A stretch of DNA of 64,000 bases. Source: Porphyridium purpureum. Its lineage: Eukaryota. The notes under the pieces are model-generated. The model saw only the letters and a list, made by a program, of their open reading frames with translations. It did no database searches and was not told where the DNA came from. Within the stretch, counting starts at the first letter, position 1, and each line of letters starts with the position of its first letter. The translations under genes were made by a program, and so were the position numbers. Of the stretch, positions 40,416-49,820 are shown one piece after another. Location of the stretch: assembly GCA_008690995.1 (NCBI GenBank), contig VRMN01000001.1, positions 2,108,001-2,172,000 of the forward strand. The letters are read 5' to 3'.

Positions 40416-42617
40416 TCAACTCTCAAGTCGTGCGGTATTCTCCGGCGCGCTGTTTGTATTGGCGTTACTCGAGTTGGATTTGGCCATGTCATCGAGAACA
40501 GCAGCATCCGAATGCCTGCGTGAGCGCTTCAGATCTGTGCTGGCCTTGGCAGCCGCATTGAAGACATGACCAACGCCTGATATCGCATTTTCCGGGCTCC
40601 AAGGGCGCTTGTGCGAAATATGGCTGTGGTTCACGTTCGGCGCGGGTGGAGACGTCTGCAGAGGAAGCGATGATGCGGCGTTCGCCAGTTGCCACATGAG
40701 CGGCGCAGCGGATGCTCGCTGTTGCGCCATCGCACCGCGATCAGCAGCCGCACCCCCATTGGCCGCTGCAGTTGCCGCGGTGCCGCTTGCAGATGCGTTC
40801 CAGCCTGGGAGCTGCTTGGGCCCCTGCACTGATGGCTTGAACTGGTGTTGCTGTTGCTCCTGCTCGAGGGATGTTTGCCCCATTGTGCTCACGTTCTTCA
40901 TCATGCCACCACCCGAGCTTGTCTTTGCCACCGCTCCCCCACTCAGGTTATTTGTGCTGCCGTTCACAGCGCCCGTACCGGCGTTCATTGTCGTCGTGCT
41001 CTGATTTTCCAAATTCACATTAACACTCGCGACACCGGCACCGGCATTGAGAGGTGCGCTGGGCAGAACGGCAAATCCAATGCCGCTGTCGACTCGACTA
41101 ATCACCTCGGAAAGGAGCCCGACGCCATAGCCCGTTCCACGCTCGCCTAGACTGCTCGGGCCGGCCATGTCAATGTGCATCCACGTGCCGGTGTAGTCCG
41201 CCGCCAAATGCTCTTCAATAAATTGCGCCGCGCAGGCCGATGGACAGTTGTCCCGGCGCGACGCAGCGTTCTTCATATCTGCCACATCGCTGACAAGCAG
41301 GTCGCGCCAAAACTCCGGAACATACGGAAGAGGGTGGCACAAATCCCCACTGGTTCGACCCGCAAGCACAGTCGCTATCTCCAGGCTCTCGTCGTTGCAG
41401 TACAGCGCGGCAATCCGCCTCCCCGTCGCGATGGCTTGGCTGCCCGTCAACGTGGCAACGTCCACAATAGTCTCTGGATTGAGCATGGCGCAAGCGTAGG
41501 CCACGCCGTCTGCCACGACGAGACGTCCTTCGGCGTCCGTGTTGTTCACTTCAACGGTTTTACCCGAGTACGCAACGAGAATGTCGTCTATGCGGGTGGC
41601 CTTTTCGCTTATCTGATTCTCAGCGAGGCAGAGCACTGCGTGCACTATGTGGCGCGTGTGTCGCTTGCGCACAATGCTCTGGAAAGCACCAAGGACGGCC
41701 GCCGCGCCGCCCATGTCGCGCTTCATGCCTCGCATGCCCTCTGTGGTCTTCAAGCATGTGCCGCCAGTGTCGAACACGATGCCTTTGCCCACCATGCACA
41801 GTGAGCGAGGCGCGCGTGCTTCGGGCGGTGCATATGTTAGCACAACCAACTGGCTGGGATGTTCGGCAGCTTTGCCGACGTGGTAGAGTAGATTCATGCC
41901 GGCCTCTGCGACCTCATCGCCCTTCAGCACGCGCAAGTACACGTAGTTCTCTTCGCCTCCCAGGGCACGCACCAACACGCGGCACTGCTGTACGAACAGT
42001 TCTGTGTGCATCTCGTTACATGGCGCATCGACCAAGTAGGCTGCGAGGCGCGTGCCATCTGCGACAGCTTCGATGGCGTCGACATCCACCAACTCGGTCA
42101 CTTTAAGGTCAGGGCGCGACGCGTATGCAAACGACACAGTCACTTGACTCATGTGTGCCGGGTCCATGGGCTGCTTGTGGATTGACTTTCTTGAGTACAG
42201 AGGCAGGCCTTTCGCCACGGCAAGCCCGGTCGCGAATGCCTGCTGCGGATCTTCGAGTACCAAGTGAACCTCGAGCGTGAAGCCGCGCGGCAGGTTGCGT
42301 ACTTGCCGTGCAATAAAGTCACACACAATGTCCGGCCGGCTGTCTGAGTTGTGCCGCGAGCACGCGGTCGGCAGAACGCGGATACTGAGCCTTCGCTGTG
42401 TGCCCGGAATCACCTGCGTGATACATGTCTCGCTGTCTTCTGCCGCGGCGAGCGCCTGCGCCAAGTGCGGGATGCGCTCTGTGAGGCTGTACGAGTACAA
42501 GGCGCTGCGTCGCCCGATGACCACTATGTACTTGGCTTTCCGGTCGCCACGCGAGTCACACGCAAACTCAAGGTGGATGCCATTTGTGTGGGGCAGCCGC
42601 AAAAACTTGCCGATCAT
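40416..42617 (-). CDS. M17 aminopeptidase, NPEPL1-like, with a long low-complexity C-terminal extension
   Basis: VGKGIVFDTGG, MKRDMGGAAA, NTDAEGRL, DVATLTG and WMHIDMAG, with an NPEPL1-like N-domain (CSRHNS). Confidence 0.92.
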   Translation of the reverse strand: MIGKFLRLPHTNGIHLEFACDSRGDRKAKYIVVIGRRSALYSYSLTERIPHLAQALAAAEDSETCITQVIPGTQRRLSIRVLPTACSRHNSDSRPDIVCDFIARQVRNLPRGFTLEVHLVLEDPQQAFATGLAVAKGLPLYSRKSIHKQPMDPAHMSQVTVSFAYASRPDLKVTELVDVDAIEAVADGTRLAAYLVDAPCNEMHTELFVQQCRVLVRALGGEENYVYLRVLKGDEVAEAGMNLLYHVGKAAEHPSQLVVLTYAPPEARAPRSLCMVGKGIVFDTGGTCLKTTEGMRGMKRDMGGAAAVLGAFQSIVRKRHTRHIVHAVLCLAENQISEKATRIDDILVAYSGKTVEVNNTDAEGRLVVADGVAYACAMLNPETIVDVATLTGSQAIATGRRIAALYCNDESLEIATVLAGRTSGDLCHPLPYVPEFWRDLLVSDVADMKNAASRRDNCPSACAAQFIEEHLAADYTGTWMHIDMAGPSSLGERGTGYGVGLLSEVISRVDSGIGFAVLPSAPLNAGAGVASVNVNLENQSTTTMNAGTGAVNGSTNNLSGGAVAKTSSGGGMMKNVSTMGQTSLEQEQQQHQFKPSVQGPKQLPGWNASASGTAATAAANGGAAADRGAMAQQRASAAPLMWQLANAASSLPLQTSPPAPNVNHSHISHKRPWSPENAISGVGHVFNAAAKASTDLKRSRRHSDAAVLDDMAKSNSSNANTNSAPENTARLES

Positions 42618-43816
42618 GTTCGCGCTCGCGCTGTCTCTCCTGCAGCGACGACGCAACCGCTCGCTGTTCGCACAAAGCCACGACGCCCGCCAATCCACTC
42701 GGCTCTGCGTTCACGGCGGCGCCAATCTGGAACCGTGAGCCCTCGCACACGCACGACGTTGACACCGATCGAGCGCATTGCCCAGCCGCGTGCACCACAC
42801 GACGCCTCCGAGTTTTATACCTCCCGCCTTGTTGCTGTCCCACTCTACCAGGCGCTGGCAGCCATATACCATTCGTCACAGCGCGGCGTGACGGTTCTTG
42901 GTTCTTTGTCTAATGCACCGAGAGAGACGCACCCAAGCGCATGGACGACGCACAGCATGTGCGAGCAGCTTCCGGCAGGATGGCGGCAAAGCAGCGATTT
43001 CGCAGTCATGCGTACTTTGTGCCGTTCCTTTCTCTTTGCTCCAGCAATTCCGCCTCGATCCGACTCTTACCTATCCCTCTTTTCACTCACTCTCCCTCAC
43101 ACTCAGACTCACACCCCCCCTACCCTTCCCTTCCCTTATCTCACTTAATACGTCCATACACTTTGTTGCATTCAACATAGACCGCCATGATTATCATCAT
43201 CATCATCACCACCACCACCACCACCAGCAGCACATCCTTCATTCACTCTTTCATTTTCTTTTTCATTCACCCACCATTAAAATCCCACCAACACCACCAA
43301 AAACTACAGCCCCACCCCCAAAACACCAAAAATGCGTTCATGTTTACTAACCACACCACCACGCTGCAGGATCAGCAACCAACACACCTCTGCAAATTCT
43401 AATTCACCTTGCACGCACAGAACAGTAAACACAAAACACAAAACACAAAACACGACACACACGCATGCTCTCTCATGTGTGTTTCTTAGAAAAGACGCGT
43501 CTGTGGTGATACCGTTCAAGGGGTTTTCTTCTCTCTCTTACTCTCTCACTGTCTCTCTCCGCGCACACGTGCGGCGGCGGCTTCTTCCAAGCAGTAGAAA
43601 TGACCCACGCGCCGACGCGCCCTCGCTCGGGGGAAACAACCGCTCTTCATATCGCCGCCGCAAGCTGCGAGCACTACACAATATCGCGCTGCTCCACCGA
43701 ACGCAAACGCGACAACACGCGCGCGGGGTGTACAGTGTGTACATGGCCACGGGACTCCCGGGCTCAACCGAACTGTACGAAGTGTACTTGGGATGCGGAC
43801 TGTACCGCAGAGCAAG

Positions 43817-44171
43817 TGTTGATGTACGTGCAAATGGTTAATGGTTGAATGGTTATCCGGGTCAACGACTTGGACTGTTTGGACTGTTTAATGTGTTCGG
43901 TCGGGTGCGAGCCTGCGTGCTAGCACGAGCCATGGGCACGTATGTTTGCGACGTTTCTAGAAGTCCACACTGACGTTTCCTTGTCGCTTTGCATCTCCGC
44001 GCCGCCGCCACAGTGCAGCTACAGGGGTATAAAATGCTGCAGGGCCAAGGAGTGGGGTGGAAATTTTGAGTGTAGCGTTTGGGTAGGCGAATATGTTTTT
44101 GACGCGAGTGGTATTACAAAGTAAACCGTTTCTTGACTTTGCAGGGTTTACGCCGGGGGCGTACTTCAACA
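43817..44171 (+). repeat. 5' LTR
   Basis: Identical to 49148-49502 except G44054 versus A49385. TATAAAA at 44028-44034. Confidence 0.97.
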
Positions 44172-44297
44172 CAAAAACATTCAACGCTTCCTCCGCTTCG
44201 TCAAGAGTACGAGCGGAAGTAGGATCTCCGGTCAAGGGTACGGGGGGACAAGGCCGACGGCGCTGACAGGAAGTTCGAGCGGCGTGCGGCAGACAAA

Positions 44298-45329
44298 ATG
44301 GCCAAGAAGATTGGCGAAAAGGGAGTAACGGAGGGACTCCCGCTACTGAGGTATGATGCGACCGAGATGCGGCCGGCCGAGGAAGTCACGGAATGGCTCC
44401 GTGCGCTTGGAGGCTACACAGCTGTTGAATTTGGGTTGCTCGGAGCGATTTTCGACCTCAATAATGCGAGGTACCCAGAGGGCCCGGCCCTACCGGACGC
44501 AGAGGAGCCCGACAACTGGAGAGACAAGGAAATCGCCAAATCACAGTTGAGCACCGCGCTCAAATGGAGCGCGGATATGGAGCTCGCGAGGTCCAGAATC
44601 TATGCGATTATGCGCGGACAGCTGTCTACGTCTTCCGTTGCGGCTCTTTCTGCTCGCCCGCAGTTTGAGATGCTTGAAAGATCTCGCAACGATCCTCTCC
44701 AGCTGAAAAATCTAATCGTCGTGGTGCACCTGACACCGAATGGCGCATCCGTGGATCGTTGCCGTACATTTGCACGTGAGCGGTTTCAAGCTATAGAAAT
44801 TGGAGCAGATTCTCTGGATGATTTCAAAACCAGGTTTGCGGCCGCAGCGATGGTTCTCGCCCTTGTAGGCGAGGAGATGAGTGCAGCGCGTCAGGCGGAA
44901 GAGTTCTTCCATAAGTTGGAGCGGTCGCGCTTCGCAGAGGCAATTCGCCAAGCCCACAATGCCGAGCGACAATTTGCAAGCGTTCAGGACGTGGTTTTGT
45001 ACGTCTCCGCGTACAAGTATGCGCCTGGTTATGTGTCCGTTTCAGTTGCGCAATCCAATGAAGCCCAGTTAGCCATCGAGGCGGCCACTGTAAGTGGTGA
45101 AGCGATAGCTGCGGTTGCAAAAGCTGATGTAGGCGGTTCCAAGGGGAAGTGTCATTTTTGTGGTATCCCGGGACACCTGGAGAAGAACTGCTGGAAGAAG
45201 AAGAGGGCACTGGAAAGGAACCAGACCAGGGACGCTCACACACGAACCATGGAAGAAAAACTTGGCGAGTGCCAGCGTCAACTTCAGGAACTTAAGCTGG
45301 AGCTCAAGAAAGAGCGCACGGTCGAGTGA
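44298..45329 (+). CDS. gag: Retrotransposon Gag
   Basis: Zinc knuckle CHFCGIPGHLEKNC, capsid-like SLDDFKTRF and a C-terminal coiled-coil. Ends at TGA 45327-45329. Confidence 0.9.
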   Translation: MAKKIGEKGVTEGLPLLRYDATEMRPAEEVTEWLRALGGYTAVEFGLLGAIFDLNNARYPEGPALPDAEEPDNWRDKEIAKSQLSTALKWSADMELARSRIYAIMRGQLSTSSVAALSARPQFEMLERSRNDPLQLKNLIVVVHLTPNGASVDRCRTFARERFQAIEIGADSLDDFKTRFAAAAMVLALVGEEMSAARQAEEFFHKLERSRFAEAIRQAHNAERQFASVQDVVLYVSAYKYAPGYVSVSVAQSNEAQLAIEAATVSGEAIAAVAKADVGGSKGKCHFCGIPGHLEKNCWKKKRALERNQTRDAHTRTMEEKLGECQRQLQELKLELKKERTVE

Positions 45330-48300
45330 GGAAGCGGCCCGTTGCGACACGTGTATGTCCACCGGGCGACAAACAGGGAAGCGGCCACAGTGGGCCTTGA
45401 TACAATGGCTTCGGAGCATATCTTTTCGAGTGGTGAGGCGGTTACGAACGTGCGCAAGACGGACCGGAAGGTCGTGCTGCACGGAATTGACGCCGGATCA
45501 AGTGGAATATTTATTGACGAGATTGCCGACACCAAATTTGGCGAAGTGTACTACTCGCAGAAAGTGGCCGGGAACATCTTGTCATTCGCCAAGCTGAGGA
45601 ACGAAGACAAGGGCACCAAGTATGACATGGCCGGGGACGTGTTTGTTGTTCTGGATGTTGACAACAAGGAAGTGCGTTTCAGACAGGACCAGGGGCTGTA
45701 TGTGGCGGATATCTGTTGCGTAAGTGGTAAGATAAACGCATACGCAGCTCCTTGCAATGGCCTGACGCACGATCTTGACAACATTCCCGCACACAAATGC
45801 TTCTCCACTGACAGCCGCCACAACTCCATGGAGCGTTCAGCTTTACCGTTACCTAGTGGCGGCAAACCTTCGCCCTTCACAAAGCAAGAGATAGCCCGGG
45901 CAGAACAAGCGCGCGACTTACAACGTCGCTTGGGATTCCCTTCGTTCGACGTGCTGAAAAAAGTGCTTAGGCGCGGGGATGTTGAAAATTGTAATTTGGC
46001 CGCGCGGGATGCAGAGAGAGCCGAACAATTGTTTGGCCCAAGCGAAGCCGCGATCAAAGGAAAGGCAACTGGACACAAGCCTACGGAAGTTGGCTACGTC
46101 CCGATAAGAAATGAGGAGGTCTACCAAGAGATGCATTCGGATATCCACTTTCTCTGCGGACAAGCCTTCTTGATTTCTGTCGTGAAACCAATGCACTTCA
46201 TTCTGACAACAGCGATCAGAGCAAAGACGTCATGGGAGCTGCGCCGGGCACTGCAAGAACAAATTGCCAGTTTGCGAGGTCACAACGTGGTGATCAGGGT
46301 CATCAAGTCGGACCCGGAATCGGGGATTGTTGCTATCGTTGATGACATGAAAAGGTCCGGCATATTACCAAATGTCACGGGAGCGAAAGAGGCCGTACCA
46401 GCAGTGGAGCGTGCCAATCGAACGCTGAAGGACATAGCGAGGGCTGTCATCCATGGCCTACCCTTTGCATTGCCGACCAGCTTGGTTCCAGCGCTAATGA
46501 AGTATGTAACTCACCGGGCCAACATCGTACCAAGCAGCACAGGTTGGCGAGATGACGAGACTCCGTGGACCAGAATGACCGGGCGAAAAGTTAGCAGCAC
46601 AGCCGATGTGAGTCTCGGTTTTGGCGATTACGTTCTCATCATGAATGCCAAGGTGGACAACACGATGACACCACGCGCCACCGGCTGTATAGCTCTATAC
46701 CCGGTAGGCAATGTTGAAGGAACGTGGGCTTTTCTAAACCTCGCGTCGCAGAAAGAGTTGCGCAGACAACGGTGGAGGAAAACTGTCATTACACAAGAGG
46801 TTGTTGCCGCTGTTAACGCCATGCGTGGCACTGCGCGCCTTGAACTCGCGACAGAAGATCATGAGCATGAGGCAGAAAAACATGACACCGCCGGACGGGA
46901 GGCAGGCAAGCCAGCTGGGGCAGCAGCGACTCGAACAGCTAGTGGGTTGACCTTGTCAGCCGGAGCGTTTAGCGAGACACGTGCAGCGCGTTCTGCGAAT
47001 GAACATGAAGAAACTCTGGAGAATTCGCGCACGTCAGCAGTAGTAGAATCATCACAACCGAACCGTAATCCAGGAGCGGGAGAAAACGCAGAGGAAAATC
47101 CGGGAGTGCGGGTCGAAGCAATCGAGAAAAGAATTGAGGAATTATCTCGAAAAGAGGCCATTCTGCAGGAACAGATCCACGCGCTTGACAAACGTGCTGC
47201 TGCCTACCAGGTCAGCGACGATCACGACGTCTTAGGCGAAGGTCAGGCTGTTCAAGTCGGCGTGGTCGAAGGGGCACCTGCAGAGTGGGATCTCGCAGAT
47301 TGCACAATGACAACGAAAAACGTACTGGACGGACATGGTGAACAGGCTGGACCGGCTTCTGTCGGCGGACTTAGCACCAAAAGAACGGCAGCGGATCAAG
47401 GCGGAAGTGACGGGTGCAATACATACGCAGGGGAAGCAAAAAGGCGTAGAATTAGGCTAGCTCTAATTACAGAGTTTGTCCAAGCGCACTGTTTGAAAGC
47501 GCCGACCGTCTCATGGTTGAGAGCAGTCCAGGAGTATGGCGAGCCTGCACTTGAATCGGTCATGAGCGAGCTCGTGCAGTTGGGGTCCAATGGTCACGAC
47601 GTGTTTGAGCCTGTGACAAGGAGACTCAGTGAAGACGAGTTGCGCAATGTTTTGCCCGTGCATTTGTTTGTGACGGAGAAACGTGATCCACAAACCGGAG
47701 AGCTTGTGCGCTTGAAAGCTCGACTGGTTGCTGGGGGTGATCGACAGGATCCGGAGTTGTACCCAAATACGTCGTCCCCAACAGTCGCTACTGAGTCGTT
47801 GTTTGCGCTTGCTGCCATGTCAGCAACACAAGGGAGAAAGGTTGCCAGTGTAGATTTTCCAGGTGCGTATTTGAATGCAGTGATGCCAAGCGGTGATCCA
47901 CCCGTTTTCGTTCGGTTCGCAAAGGCGCTGGCGAAGTGTATGACGACCGCTGATCCGACACTCCAGAGCCATTTGTCTGCTTCAGGTACATTAGTCTGTC
48001 GCTTGAAGAAAGCATTATATGGTTGCCGGACGAGCGCAAAGTTATGGTATGACCATCTATGTCGAAGCCTCGCGGCGTTGGGATACCAAAGAAGCATGGT
48101 AGACTATTGCGTGTTCAGAAGCGATGAAGACGACACCTGGTTAGCTTTACACGTGGACGACATGAAGATTATGGCTGTAAACGACGCCGCGATCGTCAAA
48201 CTGGTAAAGGGACTCGAGCCGGAGTACGGAGTGCTCACGATGCGCAGCGGCAGTGTGATTGAATATTTACAAATGGTTTTTGACTATAACCAACCTGGTC

Positions 48301-49172
48301 AAGTTACCGTCAGGATGCCCGCATACGCGGACAAGATCATTGAGCAGGCCGAGCCATTTGTGCTGGGTAAGGTCGGTGGCAAAACCCCCGCATTGGACGA
48401 CCTGTTTCAGGTTCAAGACTCGCCATTGCTGGCTGCTTCCTCCGCGAGAGCCTTCCACACGACAGCCTGTCAACTTCTTTATCTCAGCAAGAGGGCGAGA
48501 CCAGATCTGCTGGTCGCGGCATCATTCTTGACGGGTCGAGTACAAGCCCCAACCGAACAAGACAGAGAAAAGCTGCGCAGGGTTGTGCAGTACTTGCAAG
48601 GAACGCGCGAGCTGGGGCTCACACTTGGGTGCGTCGGAGCGCCGCGCGTGCACTGTTTCATTGACGCGTCCTTTGGTGTGCACAGCGACATGAAGAGCCA
48701 CTCTGGCTGCATGGTCAGCCTGGGCCGCGGAACGGTGTACGGGAAGAGCAGCCGTCAGAGTCTCGCGTCCAAGAGCTCAACAGAGGCAGAGCTAGTCGCC
48801 ATCAGTGACTGCATAGGTCAAGCTCTCTGGATCGAGAGGTTGCTGCGAGGGCTCGGTGTGGAGTGCCTCAGCACCCTGTTGTACCAAGATAACGAGGCCA
48901 CCATGAAATTAGTTCGTAACGGGCGTCCCAACTCGTCGCGGACCCGACACATTGCTCTGAGGCACTTCTTCGTCAGCGACAGAGTTGCATGCGGCGAGAT
49001 AGAGATGACGTACTGCCCCACGGAGCAGATGGTGGCGGACGCTCACACCAAGCCCCTGCAAGGAAAAGCTTTCCGCTCACTTCGTGAACGCATGTTGGGC
49101 GTTGAGGTTGCGAATCTAGCGCAGGCTAACACGGACCGACGGGAGTGTGTTGATGTACGTGCAAATGGTTAA
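45330..49172 (+). CDS. pol: Retrotransposon Pol (PR-IN-RT-RNase H), in frame with gag
   Basis: PR VGLDTMASEHIF; IN HSD...KSDPE...AVERANRTLKD; RT LKARLVAGG, DFPGAYLNA, LKKALYG, LHVDD; RH IDASFGVH, SSTEAELVA, YQDN, ADAHTKPL. The ORF runs into the 3' LTR. Confidence 0.95.
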   Translation, partial: GSGPLRHVYVHRATNREAATVGLDTMASEHIFSSGEAVTNVRKTDRKVVLHGIDAGSSGIFIDEIADTKFGEVYYSQKVAGNILSFAKLRNEDKGTKYDMAGDVFVVLDVDNKEVRFRQDQGLYVADICCVSGKINAYAAPCNGLTHDLDNIPAHKCFSTDSRHNSMERSALPLPSGGKPSPFTKQEIARAEQARDLQRRLGFPSFDVLKKVLRRGDVENCNLAARDAERAEQLFGPSEAAIKGKATGHKPTEVGYVPIRNEEVYQEMHSDIHFLCGQAFLISVVKPMHFILTTAIRAKTSWELRRALQEQIASLRGHNVVIRVIKSDPESGIVAIVDDMKRSGILPNVTGAKEAVPAVERANRTLKDIARAVIHGLPFALPTSLVPALMKYVTHRANIVPSSTGWRDDETPWTRMTGRKVSSTADVSLGFGDYVLIMNAKVDNTMTPRATGCIALYPVGNVEGTWAFLNLASQKELRRQRWRKTVITQEVVAAVNAMRGTARLELATEDHEHEAEKHDTAGREAGKPAGAAATRTASGLTLSAGAFSETRAARSANEHEETLENSRTSAVVESSQPNRNPGAGENAEENPGVRVEAIEKRIEELSRKEAILQEQIHALDKRAAAYQVSDDHDVLGEGQAVQVGVVEGAPAEWDLADCTMTTKNVLDGHGEQAGPASVGGLSTKRTAADQGGSDGCNTYAGEAKRRRIRLALITEFVQAHCLKAPTVSWLRAVQEYGEPALESVMSELVQLGSNGHDVFEPVTRRLSEDELRNVLPVHLFVTEKRDPQTGELVRLKARLVAGGDRQDPELYPNTSSPTVATESLFALAAMSATQGRKVASVDFPGAYLNAVMPSGDPPVFVRFAKALAKCMTTADPTLQSHLSASGTLVCRLKKALYGCRTSAKLWYDHLCRSLAALGYQRSMVDYCVFRSDEDDTWLALHVDDMKIMAVNDAAIVKLVKGLEPEYGVLTMRSGSVIEYLQMVFDYNQPGQVTVRMPAYADKIIEQAEPFVLGKVGGKTPALDDLFQVQDSPLLAASSARAFHTTACQLLYLSKRARPDLLVAASFLTGRVQAPTEQDREKLRRVVQYLQGTRELGLTLGCVGAPRVHCFIDASFGVHSDMKSHSGCMVSLGRGTVYGKSSRQSLASKSSTEAELVAISDCIGQALWIERLLRGLGVECLSTLLYQDNEATMKLVRNGRPNSSRTRHIALRHFFVSDRVACGEIEMTYCPTEQMVADAHTKPLQGKAFRSLRERMLGVEVANLAQANTDRRECVDVRANG

Positions 49173-49502
49173 TGGTTGAATGGTTATCCGGGTCAACGAC
49201 TTGGACTGTTTGGACTGTTTAATGTGTTCGGTCGGGTGCGAGCCTGCGTGCTAGCACGAGCCATGGGCACGTATGTTTGCGACGTTTCTAGAAGTCCACA
49301 CTGACGTTTCCTTGTCGCTTTGCATCTCCGCGCCGCCGCCACAGTGCAGCTACAGGGGTATAAAATGCTGCAGGGCCAAGGAGTAGGGTGGAAATTTTGA
49401 GTGTAGCGTTTGGGTAGGCGAATATGTTTTTGACGCGAGTGGTATTACAAAGTAAACCGTTTCTTGACTTTGCAGGGTTTACGCCGGGGGCGTACTTCAA
49501 CA
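49148..49502 (+). repeat. 3' LTR
   Basis: Direct repeat of 43817-44171, preceded by a short purine tract GACGGGAG. Confidence 0.97.
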
Positions 49503-49820
49503 GCAAGATGGAGGTTCAGTTGCGGTGGTGGTGGTGGTGGCGGCCGCCGTTCCGGTGGGACGGGGGCAGGTGACCGTGTTGCATGTGCGACGGAGAGGAA
49601 CGGCGGGATCGGACGCGTGCGGCATTGTGTCGACTGATTCCCGCCCTCGCGGGGACGAGTGCGTGGCGGAAAGGTTGGGGCTTTACACGTGTGCGCCTCA
49701 GATCGTCGCGCGGAAAAAAAGCATTCACCGGAACTAGAGCGCAGCGCGCAACGACGCACCGCAGGCAACAAATTGGAACACGTGAGTTTCTGATTTCACA
49801 AGAGCTGCTTTGGACGTGCC

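Larger units (their letters stand above)
43817..49502 (+). mobile_element. Full-length Ty1/copia LTR retrotransposon (5686 bp)
   Basis: Two 355-bp LTRs with TGTTGA...TCAACA termini, a 5-bp TSD GCAAG at 43812-43816 and 49503-49507, and domain order gag-PR-IN-RT-RH. Confidence 0.97.

Noticed and set aside
45327..45329. Selenocysteine insertion at the gag-pol UGA
   Set aside because: The codon is not at a catalytic Cys-like position and I identified no SECIS element; generic readthrough is simpler.
43600..49737. A host gene interrupted by the retrotransposon
   Set aside because: Rejoining the flanks at the TSD gives an open frame with no recognisable protein features, so the site looks intergenic.
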